Below the pieces are notes generated by a model. That model ran no database searches and was not told the DNA's origin. It saw nothing but the letters and a program-made list of their open reading frames with translations. From a virus (Duplodnaviria; Caudoviricetes): a stretch of 63,600 bases of DNA. Each line of letters starts with the position of its first letter. The first letter of the stretch is position 1. The translations under genes were made by a program, and so were the position numbers. The stretch lies in the IMG/VR virus record IMGVR_UViG_3300027971_000055, positions 1-63,600 of that record. The stretch is one strand, 5' to 3'. Positions 18,874-26,252 of the stretch are shown piece after piece.

Positions 18874-19788
18874 TTAAAACTTAAACTTAGATAAGATGTC
18901 ATCAACTTCCGACTTCACCTTATCTCTTACTGCATCACTCTCTCTGATTGACTTGATATCAACCCCATTGAGTGCATTCTCTAACTTAACTACTACTTCA
19001 CTTAACTTACTACTTATCTCATTATCAATAGGTTTAAACTTCTTAAAGGTATCACATAATTCTTTGGCTTTCTCTATGGTCGTATCATAGATTTTGCGTT
19101 TCTTGATTATAACTTCGCCCGTTGTTCCGTCTTGCTTTTCAATAACTCCACAACAATGCGAGATACTTTCCATTACTTCTGTGATACGGGCAACTTGGTC
19201 ATTTACGATGCCAGTTATAATCTGCTCTGCTTGGCTCTCGTATTGTAGTTTTAAATCACTAGCGATATCATCTGATATACTGCATCGCCAATCATGACTA
19301 GGCACTTCTGCCACATATAATTTTATTCCGAATTTATTTCTTACTTCATCTACATTTGGGTAATCATCTTGGCTAAACATATCGCCTTGTTTGAATGCCA
19401 TGTCTGATACGATTGATTGGTAGTTCAACAGGAAATTATCCAATAGGCGATAGTATTCCGTTTGGTGGTCTGTAAACTCTACCTTAAACTTCTCTAGGTT
19501 TGCGACAGGCAATAGGTCTTGGCTATTGTTCCAACGGAAAGTGCTACGCTTTAACCAATTGTAAATAGTCTGTCTGTAATTACTTACCTTCTTATGATGT
19601 ATGTCATCTGCTAATAGGTTCTTAACAAATCTGCCTGCACTAGCGTCTGCATTTTTTAATGTCGTTACTTCATCAGAGATAACTCTGTCTTGCTTGGTTG
19701 CACTCCACACATTCACATCTACTGACACCAATACTGCCGATGTCGCCAATGAAATGATATGGTTTGGTTGTTGTATTTCAAAGTTCAT
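18874..19788 (-). CDS. Phage protein (DUF3150-like)
   Basis: SAVLVSVDV.VW, KNLL, DDYP motifs; precedes the AAA/VWA pair. Confidence 0.65.
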   Translation of the reverse strand: MNFEIQQPNHIISLATSAVLVSVDVNVWSATKQDRVISDEVTTLKNADASAGRFVKNLLADDIHHKKVSNYRQTIYNWLKRSTFRWNNSQDLLPVANLEKFKVEFTDHQTEYYRLLDNFLLNYQSIVSDMAFKQGDMFSQDDYPNVDEVRNKFGIKLYVAEVPSHDWRCSISDDIASDLKLQYESQAEQIITGIVNDQVARITEVMESISHCCGVIEKQDGTTGEVIIKKRKIYDTTIEKAKELCDTFKKFKPIDNEISSKLSEVVVKLENALNGVDIKSIRESDAVRDKVKSEVDDILSKFKF

Positions 19789-19802
19789 ATCGTTCTCCTT
19801 AG

Positions 19803-19827
19803 TTAGTAAGCGTGCTTAGCTACGCTT
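19803..19827. promoter_or_regulatory. AAGCGT-N8-ACGCTT palindrome, copy 2, next to an RBS
   Basis: ttagtAAGCGTgcttagctACGCTT. Confidence 0.75.
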
Positions 19828-19897
19828 TGTTTTAAATTGTTTTCATTCATGTCATAACTATTTCGTGATATATAAGTTTCACTACCCACACAACTAC

Positions 19898-19926
19898 ATT
19901 ATAGTATAACTTTACATATAAACCAA
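19898..19926 (-). promoter_or_regulatory. Sigma70-type promoter TTGGTT-17-TATAAT
   Basis: 25-bp block identical to 21709-21733. Confidence 0.75.
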
Positions 19927-19957
19927 GTGATTGGGTGAGATAGTCAAGCCTATACCC

Positions 19958-20158
19958 CTACTTAATATTCTTTTCTGCTATCTTTAAACGCTTTGAGTAA
20001 TAGATTGCATCTTGTATTGCCTGCCACTCAAATAAATTTCGTTCTTTAATCTGGGCTATCTGTTGTTCTTCTTCTAATTGTTTCTGATGCCACATACTAT
20101 CTATGTTATCCATAGCGTTCTCCTGTTCTGTTATTAAATAATTTTTATACTTACCCAT
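19958..20158 (-). CDS. Hypothetical protein
   Basis: GGAG RBS. Confidence 0.55.
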   Translation of the reverse strand: MGKYKNYLITEQENAMDNIDSMWHQKQLEEEQQIAQIKERNLFEWQAIQDAIYYSKRLKIAEKNIK

Positions 20159-20324
20159 ACTTACTCTCCATTTCGTTTTTGTATTCCCAATTTATATCTG
20201 ATAACCATTCACTAAAGTTCTCTCCTACATCATCTTCATAAAAGGTTTTCTTTGTGCCATCTAAAAACTTTACTACTACCACTACTTCGTCTATCTGATT
20301 ATGTTCCATTTCAGTTTCACTCAT
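20151..20324 (-). CDS. Hypothetical acidic protein
   Basis: Start at 20324 after AAGGGG. Confidence 0.55.
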   Translation of the reverse strand: MSETEMEHNQIDEVVVVVKFLDGTKKTFYEDDVGENFSEWLSDINWEYKNEMESKYG

Positions 20325-20439
20325 CTTGTTCCCCTTCATCTACTGAAAACCTTATCCACCTAGTCCCATTACAAATTTCTACAACTTCGTAGTCTAGGTC
20401 TGCGTCATCTAATACTTTATATAGTTCTTGTGGTGTCAT
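20317..20439 (-). CDS. 40-aa acidic protein; not in ORF track
   Basis: ATGA coupling; MTPQELYKVLDDADLDYEVVEI... Confidence 0.55.
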   Translation of the reverse strand: MTPQELYKVLDDADLDYEVVEICNGTRWIRFSVDEGEQDE

Positions 20440-20663
20440 CTTACATTCCCCCCTTTGTTATTTAACCCATGTAAGTCTGTTAGGTTTGTTATCACCATGT
20501 AATTACTCTTATGCATAGGTGCTATTGTGTGTTTCTTCATGCGAGATATTATTTCACCACACTTTAAGCAAGTGTTATAGCCTAGTTTCCGTCTGCCTGC
20601 CACAATGTCATCACCACACTTGATGCAATCACTTAGTTTCTTAGTCTGTGTCAAGTTCGTCAT
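20436..20663 (-). CDS. C4 zinc-finger protein (DksA/TraR-type finger)
   Basis: CIKCGDDI..GR..LGYNTCLKC; start at 20663 after GGAG. Confidence 0.7.
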   Translation of the reverse strand: MTNLTQTKKLSDCIKCGDDIVAGRRKLGYNTCLKCGEIISRMKKHTIAPMHKSNYMVITNLTDLHGLNNKGGNVR

Positions 20664-20859
20664 GTTGTTCTCCACCGATTGCTCGGATAAAATGTAGTAG
20701 TTCCCGACACACTTCATACCTACCATGCACGATGTCGTGTTCCCCATCTAATATCGTAGGGTTTAGCCCATTCACAACTTCTGCGTCATGTTTGAGTTCA
20801 TCTTTGAGCCACTCGGTAATATGAATTACCATGTTCTTATACTTCAATGGTCTTGCCAT
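20641..20859 (-). CDS. Hypothetical protein
   Basis: AAGGAG RBS. Confidence 0.65.
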   Translation of the reverse strand: MARPLKYKNMVIHITEWLKDELKHDAEVVNGLNPTILDGEHDIVHGRYEVCRELLHFIRAIGGEQHDELDTD

Positions 20860-20873
20860 GTTGTTCTCCTTAG

Positions 20874-20898
20874 TTAGTAAGCGTGCTTAACTACGCTT
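20874..20898. promoter_or_regulatory. AAGCGT-N8-ACGCTT palindrome, copy 3, next to an RBS
   Basis: ttagtAAGCGTgcttaactACGCTT. Confidence 0.75.
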
Positions 20899-20901
20899 GG
20901 T

Positions 20902-21216
20902 TTAATCTTCACAATTACCACCTATACAATGTTGCGTTAAGATTTCATTCTCAATCTCTTCTTGTGCATCTCGTATAAGATAATCTTCAGCGTTCTCATT
21001 CAAGCGTTCAAACATATTGTGTTCATAAACTTTAACCTTGCATGGTAACCCTGTATCTTCAACTCGGTCTTTAATGATTGACGCTATATGACTTTCGGGG
21101 GTGAATTGATTATCTCCCCAATCATCTTCTTTGTTCCATGAGTTAATCTCACTCACTCTATTCTTATCCATCTTAACTTCTACTATTGCTACATACTTAA
21201 TATACTCAGTCGCCAT
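20902..21216 (-). CDS. Hypothetical protein
   Basis: AAGGAG RBS before ATG 21216. Confidence 0.65.
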   Translation of the reverse strand: MATEYIKYVAIVEVKMDKNRVSEINSWNKEDDWGDNQFTPESHIASIIKDRVEDTGLPCKVKVYEHNMFERLNENAEDYLIRDAQEEIENEILTQHCIGGNCED

Positions 21217-21226
21217 ATCGTTCTCC

Positions 21227-21391
21227 TTAGTCTGATTGTTCACATTCCAATACATCTAAAACACCCTGTATTTCTTGCCACTTCTCGGGGTGTTGTAGGG
21301 CTTTTAACTCTGCGTCTTTCATAGAGCCTGCATCAATCTCGCAGTCATACTCTATTGTTTCTTGTATCTTTAGCTTAAATCTTTTCATCAT
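21227..21391 (-). CDS. 54-aa protein (DpnD/PcfM-like appearance); not in ORF track
   Basis: AAGGGG RBS; MMKRFKLKIQETIEYDCEIDAGSMKDAELKA... Confidence 0.6.
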   Translation of the reverse strand: MMKRFKLKIQETIEYDCEIDAGSMKDAELKALQHPEKWQEIQGVLDVLECEQSD

Positions 21392-21398
21392 GTTCCCC

Positions 21399-21584
21399 TT
21401 ATCTAAGAATTGTAACTAACAATAAAAACGCTGATATACCCCAACCTATTACTTCGCTGATAATCATTCGTCTATACTTTTCTTTGGGGATAGTGATGTA
21501 TTCCGACATATTTACTTCCCTGTCATAGTTATAAGGGCTTTGCATTTTAATTTTTTGTCCTTTGAATATTGGTCTTGTTTTCAT
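21399..21584 (-). CDS. Small protein with C-terminal TM helix
   Basis: AGGAG RBS; hydrophobic C-terminus. Confidence 0.6.
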   Translation of the reverse strand: MKTRPIFKGQKIKMQSPYNYDREVNMSEYITIPKEKYRRMIISEVIGWGISAFLLLVTILR

Positions 21585-21599
21585 AATCTAATCTCCTAT

Positions 21600-21624
21600 T
21601 TAGTAAGCGTGCTTAACTACGCTT
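21600..21624. promoter_or_regulatory. AAGCGT-N8-ACGCTT palindrome, copy 4, next to an RBS
   Basis: ttagtAAGCGTgcttaactACGCTT. Confidence 0.75.
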
Positions 21625-21709
21625 GGTTTTAATAAAATTTCTAACACTACTTTTTGCTGTGCGATTAGCTGATGTATCATGTATTAAATACGCTACTCAC
21701 ACAATACCC

Positions 21710-21738
21710 ATTATAGTATAACTTTACATATAACACAA
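21710..21738 (-). promoter_or_regulatory. Sigma70-type promoter TTGTGT-17-TATAAT
   Basis: Duplicate of the 19898-19926 promoter. Confidence 0.75.
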
Positions 21739-21805
21739 GGGTTTCGGCTGACTATCTCACTCGTAGTTTTCACTCTATTTTGCGTAGCTTGGGGTTGATT
21801 AATGC

Positions 21806-22242
21806 TAAGTTATTGATTTATATGATGTTCCAATTGTTCCAACGATGTTCCAAGTTTTCACTTTACTAATAAGAACAAAATAGGCTTGATAAATCGTGTG
21901 CTGAAATCGGGTAAGTCTTTGTTTTATATATATTATATTATATATTTATTAAGTAAGTAGTATGCTAGAAAATGGTCTTGTTCCAATGTTCCAAGTTTTT
22001 TTAAGTGAATATATATGCTAGCATTTTTTATGTTTGCTCTGCGTGAATCTAACTTAGTCTGACTAAATTTCTCAAATATATTCCCTATTGCAAAAAACTT
22101 GGAACATTGGAACAACCTTTATAATCAACAACTTAGCTTGGAACATTGTTGGAACAACTTTACATATAATTGGAACACTTTTTGGAACAAGACTGGAACA
22201 ACCTATCACCTATTAATATCTTATACCATACAACTTGGAACA
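21806..22242. repeat. Iteron-like TGTTCCAA/TTGGAACA cluster with IHF-consensus sites; putative replication origin
   Basis: 5 TGTTCCAA on the left, 7 TTGGAACA plus 1 variant on the right; 24-bp perfect inverted repeat 21978-22001/22092-22115. Confidence 0.7.
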
Positions 22243-22339
22243 AGCCTGATACGCCAATACTTTACATAAGCATGGTTAGAGTATATCTTACACGACACAA
22301 TACAAGTTCACAACCAACATAACCAGCTAAGCCAAAACC

Positions 22340-22364
22340 AAGCGTATTTAAGCACGCTCACTAA
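22340..22364. promoter_or_regulatory. AAGCGT-N8-ACGCTY palindrome, copy 5
   Basis: AAGCGTatttaagcACGCTCactaa. Confidence 0.7.
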
Positions 22365-22425
22365 ATAACAACCACGCTAAATTATATCTTCAACCACGCA
22401 ACCACACGCACTTCACACTCAACAC

Positions 22426-22451
22426 GCTCGTCGACATAGAACTGGTCTCAA
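22426..22451. repeat. GCTCGTCGACATAGAACTGGTnTCAA repeat, copy 1
   Basis: 21 bp identical to 23492-23512. Confidence 0.75.
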
Positions 22452-22616
22452 TTAGGTGGCAGGCATTCGGTGGCTAGAAATTTTATAGTTTGAGCAGATT
22501 GATTAGGCAGCGGAAGGGAATTGTATGAGCTAAGAATATAACAGATGATAAAACACACATTAAATATTTAATATATACACACACATCGACAATCACTGGT
22601 TTCAAAAATTGAGACC

Positions 22617-22646
22617 AAAAAAAAGCAGAGAGCCGAAGCTCTCTGC
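22617..22646 (-). terminator. Rho-independent terminator (cUUCGg loop)
   Basis: GCAGAGAGC-TTCG-GCTCTCTGC followed by T8 on the minus strand. Confidence 0.9.
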
Positions 22647-22661
22647 CTAGTCACTACTGTA

Positions 22662-23345
22662 TTACTTGTTAAACTTTTTAATCAAAGCCTCGCCTTGTGA
22701 TAACCAAGAGCCAAACTCTTTTTTAACCGTAGCAGTTAGAAGCTCATCGCCTCTTGCCTCGGCAGTTTTAATCCTAGCTTTGAGGGTCTTGATATTATCG
22801 TTAAAAGCCTCGACAATAGTTTTTACTGCACGACCCTTTTTATTAGGATTTTCAATACCAACTACTTGACGGATTGAAGCTAACAAGTTTTTCATACCAG
22901 CTGATACATGGTCTTTACCTTTTTTACGCAACGGCTTAGCAAGAGCATAAATATATGGGTCACTCTTAGCTAGTGCGGTAAACTTTTGCTGAGTATAACC
23001 CATCGCTAAGCCTACGGTCATATGCACCTTAATTGCATTTTTATTCTTAGCGTCATTAAACTCTGCCTCAGTGACCTGTTGCATTTTGTTATCTTTAACC
23101 ATGTTGAAAGTATCATGGTCTTTTGCATACCACTCTTTAAAGCGTCTAGCAAAACCGAGTTTAATCTCGGCTACATCATTGTCACTAGGCTTGGTTAGAA
23201 TGTTTGGCACTCTATCCAATATTTTCTTAGCAGTGCCTAGCATGTCACTATATGCACCTTGATACTCATATGCTAAGCCACTAAGAGATTGAGAGGATAC
23301 TGCTACTGCCTTGCTTACTGCTTCTACTACTTTTGCTTTTTTCAT
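22662..23345 (-). CDS. Early basic hypothetical protein with own promoter and terminator
   Basis: GGAG RBS, 227 aa, Lys/Ala-rich. Confidence 0.8.
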   Translation of the reverse strand: MKKAKVVEAVSKAVAVSSQSLSGLAYEYQGAYSDMLGTAKKILDRVPNILTKPSDNDVAEIKLGFARRFKEWYAKDHDTFNMVKDNKMQQVTEAEFNDAKNKNAIKVHMTVGLAMGYTQQKFTALAKSDPYIYALAKPLRKKGKDHVSAGMKNLLASIRQVVGIENPNKKGRAVKTIVEAFNDNIKTLKARIKTAEARGDELLTATVKKEFGSWLSQGEALIKKFNK

Positions 23346-23406
23346 ACATACTCCATAAGTTAAGTTAAGTTAAATAACAGCACGATAATCTGTTGCTGTT
23401 GGTATC

Positions 23407-23435
23407 GTTATATATAGTCTTAGCGTATATGTAAA
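23407..23435 (-). promoter_or_regulatory. Early promoter TTTACA-17-TATAAC
   Basis: Same hexamers and spacing as 24321-24349. Confidence 0.75.
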
Positions 23436-23458
23436 GCGTATTCAAACACGCTTACTAA
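23434..23458. promoter_or_regulatory. AAGCGT-N8-ACGCTT palindrome, copy 6, overlapping a -35 element
   Basis: AAGCGTattcaaacACGCTTactaa. Confidence 0.75.
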
Positions 23459-23491
23459 TTAAGCCTTGAGGGCTACACACGCACACAACAT

Positions 23492-23517
23492 GCTCGTCGA
23501 CATAGAACTGGTATCAA
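23492..23517. repeat. GCTCGTCGACATAGAACTGGTnTCAA repeat, copy 2
   Basis: Matches 22426-22451. Confidence 0.75.
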
Positions 23518-23529
23518 AATGGTAGCTAC

Positions 23530-23555
23530 AAAAAAAGGTGGGGGCCGAAGCCCCC
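23530..23555 (-). terminator. Rho-independent terminator (cUUCGg loop)
   Basis: GGGGGC-TTCG-GCCCCC then ACC-T7 on the minus strand. Confidence 0.8.
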
Positions 23556-23560
23556 GAAGA

Positions 23561-23746
23561 TTACTTAATGTTTTTCCATTTCATACTACCCTTTACTTCC
23601 GCTAACTCCTCCTCATCAAGTTGTTTTTTTAATGTCTTTATTACATGATCTACATGACCACGTTCTAAAAGTAAGATTAAGGCTCTTAGTAACATCGGTT
23701 CAAGTGTTGGTCTCATAATTGTTTTAATATGGTCTGTCTTATTCAT
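23561..23746 (-). CDS. Early hypothetical protein
   Basis: AAGGAG RBS. Confidence 0.7.
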   Translation of the reverse strand: MNKTDHIKTIMRPTLEPMLLRALILLLERGHVDHVIKTLKKQLDEEELAEVKGSMKWKNIK

Positions 23747-23767
23747 ACATTACTCCTTAGTTAAGAA

Positions 23768-23783
23768 GGGGGCCGAAGCCCCC
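23768..23783 (-). other. UUCG hairpin identical to 23540-23555 but without a U-tract
   Basis: GGGGGC-TTCG-GCCCCC between a stop codon and the next RBS. Confidence 0.7.
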
Positions 23784-23788
23784 GAAGG

Positions 23789-24124
23789 TTACTTATCGTT
23801 TGGCATATTAGCTACAGCGTGTGCTAATCCATCGTAGATTATATTGTTGAGAAATGCTGTATTCTTATATATGATACCTTTTGCATCACTCATTATCTTT
23901 GGTCTACACTGACTCATATGCTTACTGGTTGATTGGGAATATTTGTCATAGTTACCAAACCATGCATGACTAATTGCATCATACACATACATCGGAAAGT
24001 GTTTACCATAACTATATACTACATAACACATATCATGTTCCCATACACCAAAGGTGTTACTACCCTTGAACTCTTTACATTCCGCTACTACAACACTTGC
24101 GTTCTTGTTGGCTATCTTATTCAT
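23789..24124 (-). CDS. Early phage protein
   Basis: YVVYSYG.HFP and KYS.STSKH motifs; GAGGAG RBS. Confidence 0.75.
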   Translation of the reverse strand: MNKIANKNASVVVAECKEFKGSNTFGVWEHDMCYVVYSYGKHFPMYVYDAISHAWFGNYDKYSQSTSKHMSQCRPKIMSDAKGIIYKNTAFLNNIIYDGLAHAVANMPNDK

Positions 24125-24125
24125 A

Positions 24126-24275
24126 CTATTGCTCCTCTGTTAGTGAAAGATAAAAGTATAAGCATGCGGCAACTACACACAACGCCGCACCTATTGGTGT
24201 GTGGATATAAAACAATGCAATACCACCAACCATTAACATTACTAAACCCTCTATGAATCTGATTACTTGTCGCAT
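24126..24275 (-). CDS. 49-aa two-TM membrane protein; not in ORF track
   Basis: AGGAG RBS; MRQVIRFIEGLVMLMVGGIALFYIHTPIGAALCVVAACLYFYLSLTEEQ. Confidence 0.7.
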   Translation of the reverse strand: MRQVIRFIEGLVMLMVGGIALFYIHTPIGAALCVVAACLYFYLSLTEEQ

Positions 24276-24320
24276 AATAAACTCCTAGTTAATACAAAGC
24301 TTGATTGCTTTGTTGAGTAT

Positions 24321-24349
24321 GTTATATAGTAGTGCTAGCTATATGTAAA
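24321..24349 (-). promoter_or_regulatory. Early promoter TTTACA-17-TATAAC
   Basis: Duplicate architecture of 23407-23435; a short hairpin follows. Confidence 0.75.
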
Positions 24350-24356
24350 GTAAATA

Positions 24357-24385
24357 CCCAATACCCTACCCATACCCCACCCCCC
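24357..24385 (-). other. G-tract cluster (G-quadruplex-capable)
   Basis: Minus strand GGGGGGTGGGGTATGGGTAGGGTATTGGG in an AT-rich genome. Confidence 0.6.
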
Positions 24386-24522
24386 AAAATTAAGTATAAT
24401 GTAACTCCTACCCCATACCCCATAATCTACACAAATAACTACGCAATTTACAAAACACCCCCCGTCACTAATATAACTTGACATATTAAAAAATTTCTAC
24501 AAAAAAATTGGAAAGTTTAGGG

Positions 24523-24852
24523 CTAGGCTGAGAAGGAGGAACCACACCCACACGTGCTAGTAGCTGCGGGATTTTTTATTTCAAAACCTGAAGTCATTAA
24601 AGAGGTGTTGTAACTTATAACAGCCCCGGTCAGGTATTGCATGCTATGTGCATCTACAAGTAAAGATATTTCATCTTGGTCTATTACAAAGTCATCTTCA
24701 TTTTGGGTATCATCAAAAGTAAAACCATATTGGAAACCAGAACAACCACCACCGGACACATAGATTCTTAGTTTAAGTCCACGTGCTTCTTCATCTGCTA
24801 ACAAGTCTTTTATTTTTACTATGGCAGAGCTATCTAGGGTTATCTGGTTCAA
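24523..24852 (-). CDS. erpA: Iron-sulfur cluster insertion protein ErpA (HesB/IscA family)
   Basis: LRIYVSGGGCSGFQYGFTFD ... NP.ATSTCGCGSSFS. Confidence 0.93.
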   Translation of the reverse strand: MNQITLDSSAIVKIKDLLADEEARGLKLRIYVSGGGCSGFQYGFTFDDTQNEDDFVIDQDEISLLVDAHSMQYLTGAVISYNTSLMTSGFEIKNPAATSTCGCGSSFSA

Positions 24853-25193
24853 ATGGCTTTAGGATCGAAGTTGTATAACTCGGAGTAAACGTTTTTAATA
24901 CGAAGGAATTTGGCACCATGCTCATGGAAGTCATCATCGCCCCGAACATAGAGAGCTAGGTGTACCATTTCATGAAGAAGTGTTTGGAAGATAGTAGTAA
25001 AGTGCCCACAAGCGTTAGAACTTATTTGAATTTCCATCTCGTGCTCATCAAAGCAACCGTATATATTAGGGTTCTTAATAACTTTGAACTTAACTTTATG
25101 AGACTTAGGCATGGGCAAAGTATTGAATGGTGCCATCTGGCATGCCATGTTGTAAAGTATTTCTAAATTTTTTCTAGTTAACGTAGTTTTCAT
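24849..25193 (-). CDS. SprT-like zinc metalloprotease
   Basis: TLLHEMVH...HEHG..F. Confidence 0.8.
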   Translation of the reverse strand: MKTTLTRKNLEILYNMACQMAPFNTLPMPKSHKVKFKVIKNPNIYGCFDEHEMEIQISSNACGHFTTIFQTLLHEMVHLALYVRGDDDFHEHGAKFLRIKNVYSELYNFDPKAI

Positions 25194-25525
25194 ACGTTAG
25201 GTTTAATTTGTTGACGCGGACCAAACAGTTCCTTCTTATATACTGCAGTGGTATCAATTTCAGGAAAGTAAATATGAACTACCGCCTCTACAATTTTCCA
25301 ACAGCCAGGGTGTATGAAACCAGGCTCACTTGCATATGCATAATAGTAGTAAAGAGACTTAGCTAACTCAGGGGAACAAGCTTCAGAAGTTAAAACAATC
25401 TCACCTACCTCAGTTTTCATGACAAACTCTTGGGGTAATGCTTCTTTGGCATTAATCTGGTTAACCCACATAGAAAAGAACCACAAAATGAGGCCCACAA
25501 CAAAAAAAGTAAGAAAATCCTTCAT
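25190..25525 (-). CDS. Exported/membrane-anchored hypothetical protein
   Basis: N-terminal hydrophobic segment with signal-peptide-like end; two Cys. Confidence 0.65.
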   Translation of the reverse strand: MKDFLTFFVVGLILWFFSMWVNQINAKEALPQEFVMKTEVGEIVLTSEACSPELAKSLYYYYAYASEPGFIHPGCWKIVEAVVHIYFPEIDTTAVYKKELFGPRQQIKPNV

Positions 25526-25622
25526 AACTTTCCCCCTAAAACACCATTATACTTAAAAAAGTTGTAACTTAATGACAAAGTAGTATAAAATAGTTAAATT
25601 AGCTGCAAAATTAATATCATAG

Positions 25623-26252
25623 GTGACACAGCAACCCATGCAAATGCAAAAAACCCAACAAAATCAAACATATAACGGTAAAGAAGTCGTTATAATACCC
25701 CATTTAGAAGAAAATATCTCTCTACCTAGAAACGCTCGTGCTGCATTACCCGAATTAAGTAACGAAGAAGAACTAGAAATGATGGTTAATACCATTAAAT
25801 TGATGTCAGACTTAACCGGACAGCCTATAGAAGCTACGCAAGAAGACATAGACGAGGCAAAAACGGTAATAAAAACCATTATTAAAGAACCTGAAACCAA
25901 ATTACAGCTTAAAAAGTACAAAAATTCAGTATTAGCTAGCTTAGCTGGGATGGTTGCAGAGTTAGATGCACAAGTAGTAGATGATTTAAAGGATTTAAAG
26001 ACGTTTGTTGTTAATGGTCTAATAAAAGAAGCAGCAACTGCAGAAAAATCTAAGGAAAGAATCACAGCACTACGTGCAATTGGTGAGGTAGATGGAGTAG
26101 ATGCATTTAAAAAGACTACAGAAGTCATACATAAGAACATGTCACTCGATGATATTGAAGAAAGACTAAGAACATTAGTAACTAGGATTGAAAAACGAAT
26201 ACAAGAAAAAGAACATAATGTAATAGATGCAGAAATAGTTAAAGATGAGTAA
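25623..26252 (+). CDS. Putative terminase small subunit
   Basis: Directly upstream of and overlapping terL; start uncertain. Confidence 0.55.
   Translation: MTQQPMQMQKTQQNQTYNGKEVVIIPHLEENISLPRNARAALPELSNEEELEMMVNTIKLMSDLTGQPIEATQEDIDEAKTVIKTIIKEPETKLQLKKYKNSVLASLAGMVAELDAQVVDDLKDLKTFVVNGLIKEAATAEKSKERITALRAIGEVDGVDAFKKTTEVIHKNMSLDDIEERLRTLVTRIEKRIQEKEHNVIDAEIVKDE

Noticed and set aside
21933-22115. 60-aa minus-strand ORF
   Set aside because: Made of the iteron inverted repeat, no RBS; likely spurious.
18839-23458. Repeats as a CRISPR or mini-array
   Set aside because: Spacing is 0.7-1.1 kb with genes in between and mixed orientation.
23933-24256. 107-aa plus-strand ORF
   Set aside because: Antisense to two RBS-supported minus-strand genes.
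24478-24510. Plus-strand TTGACA as a promoter
   Set aside because: No acceptable -10 at 16-18 nt and no plus-strand gene downstream.
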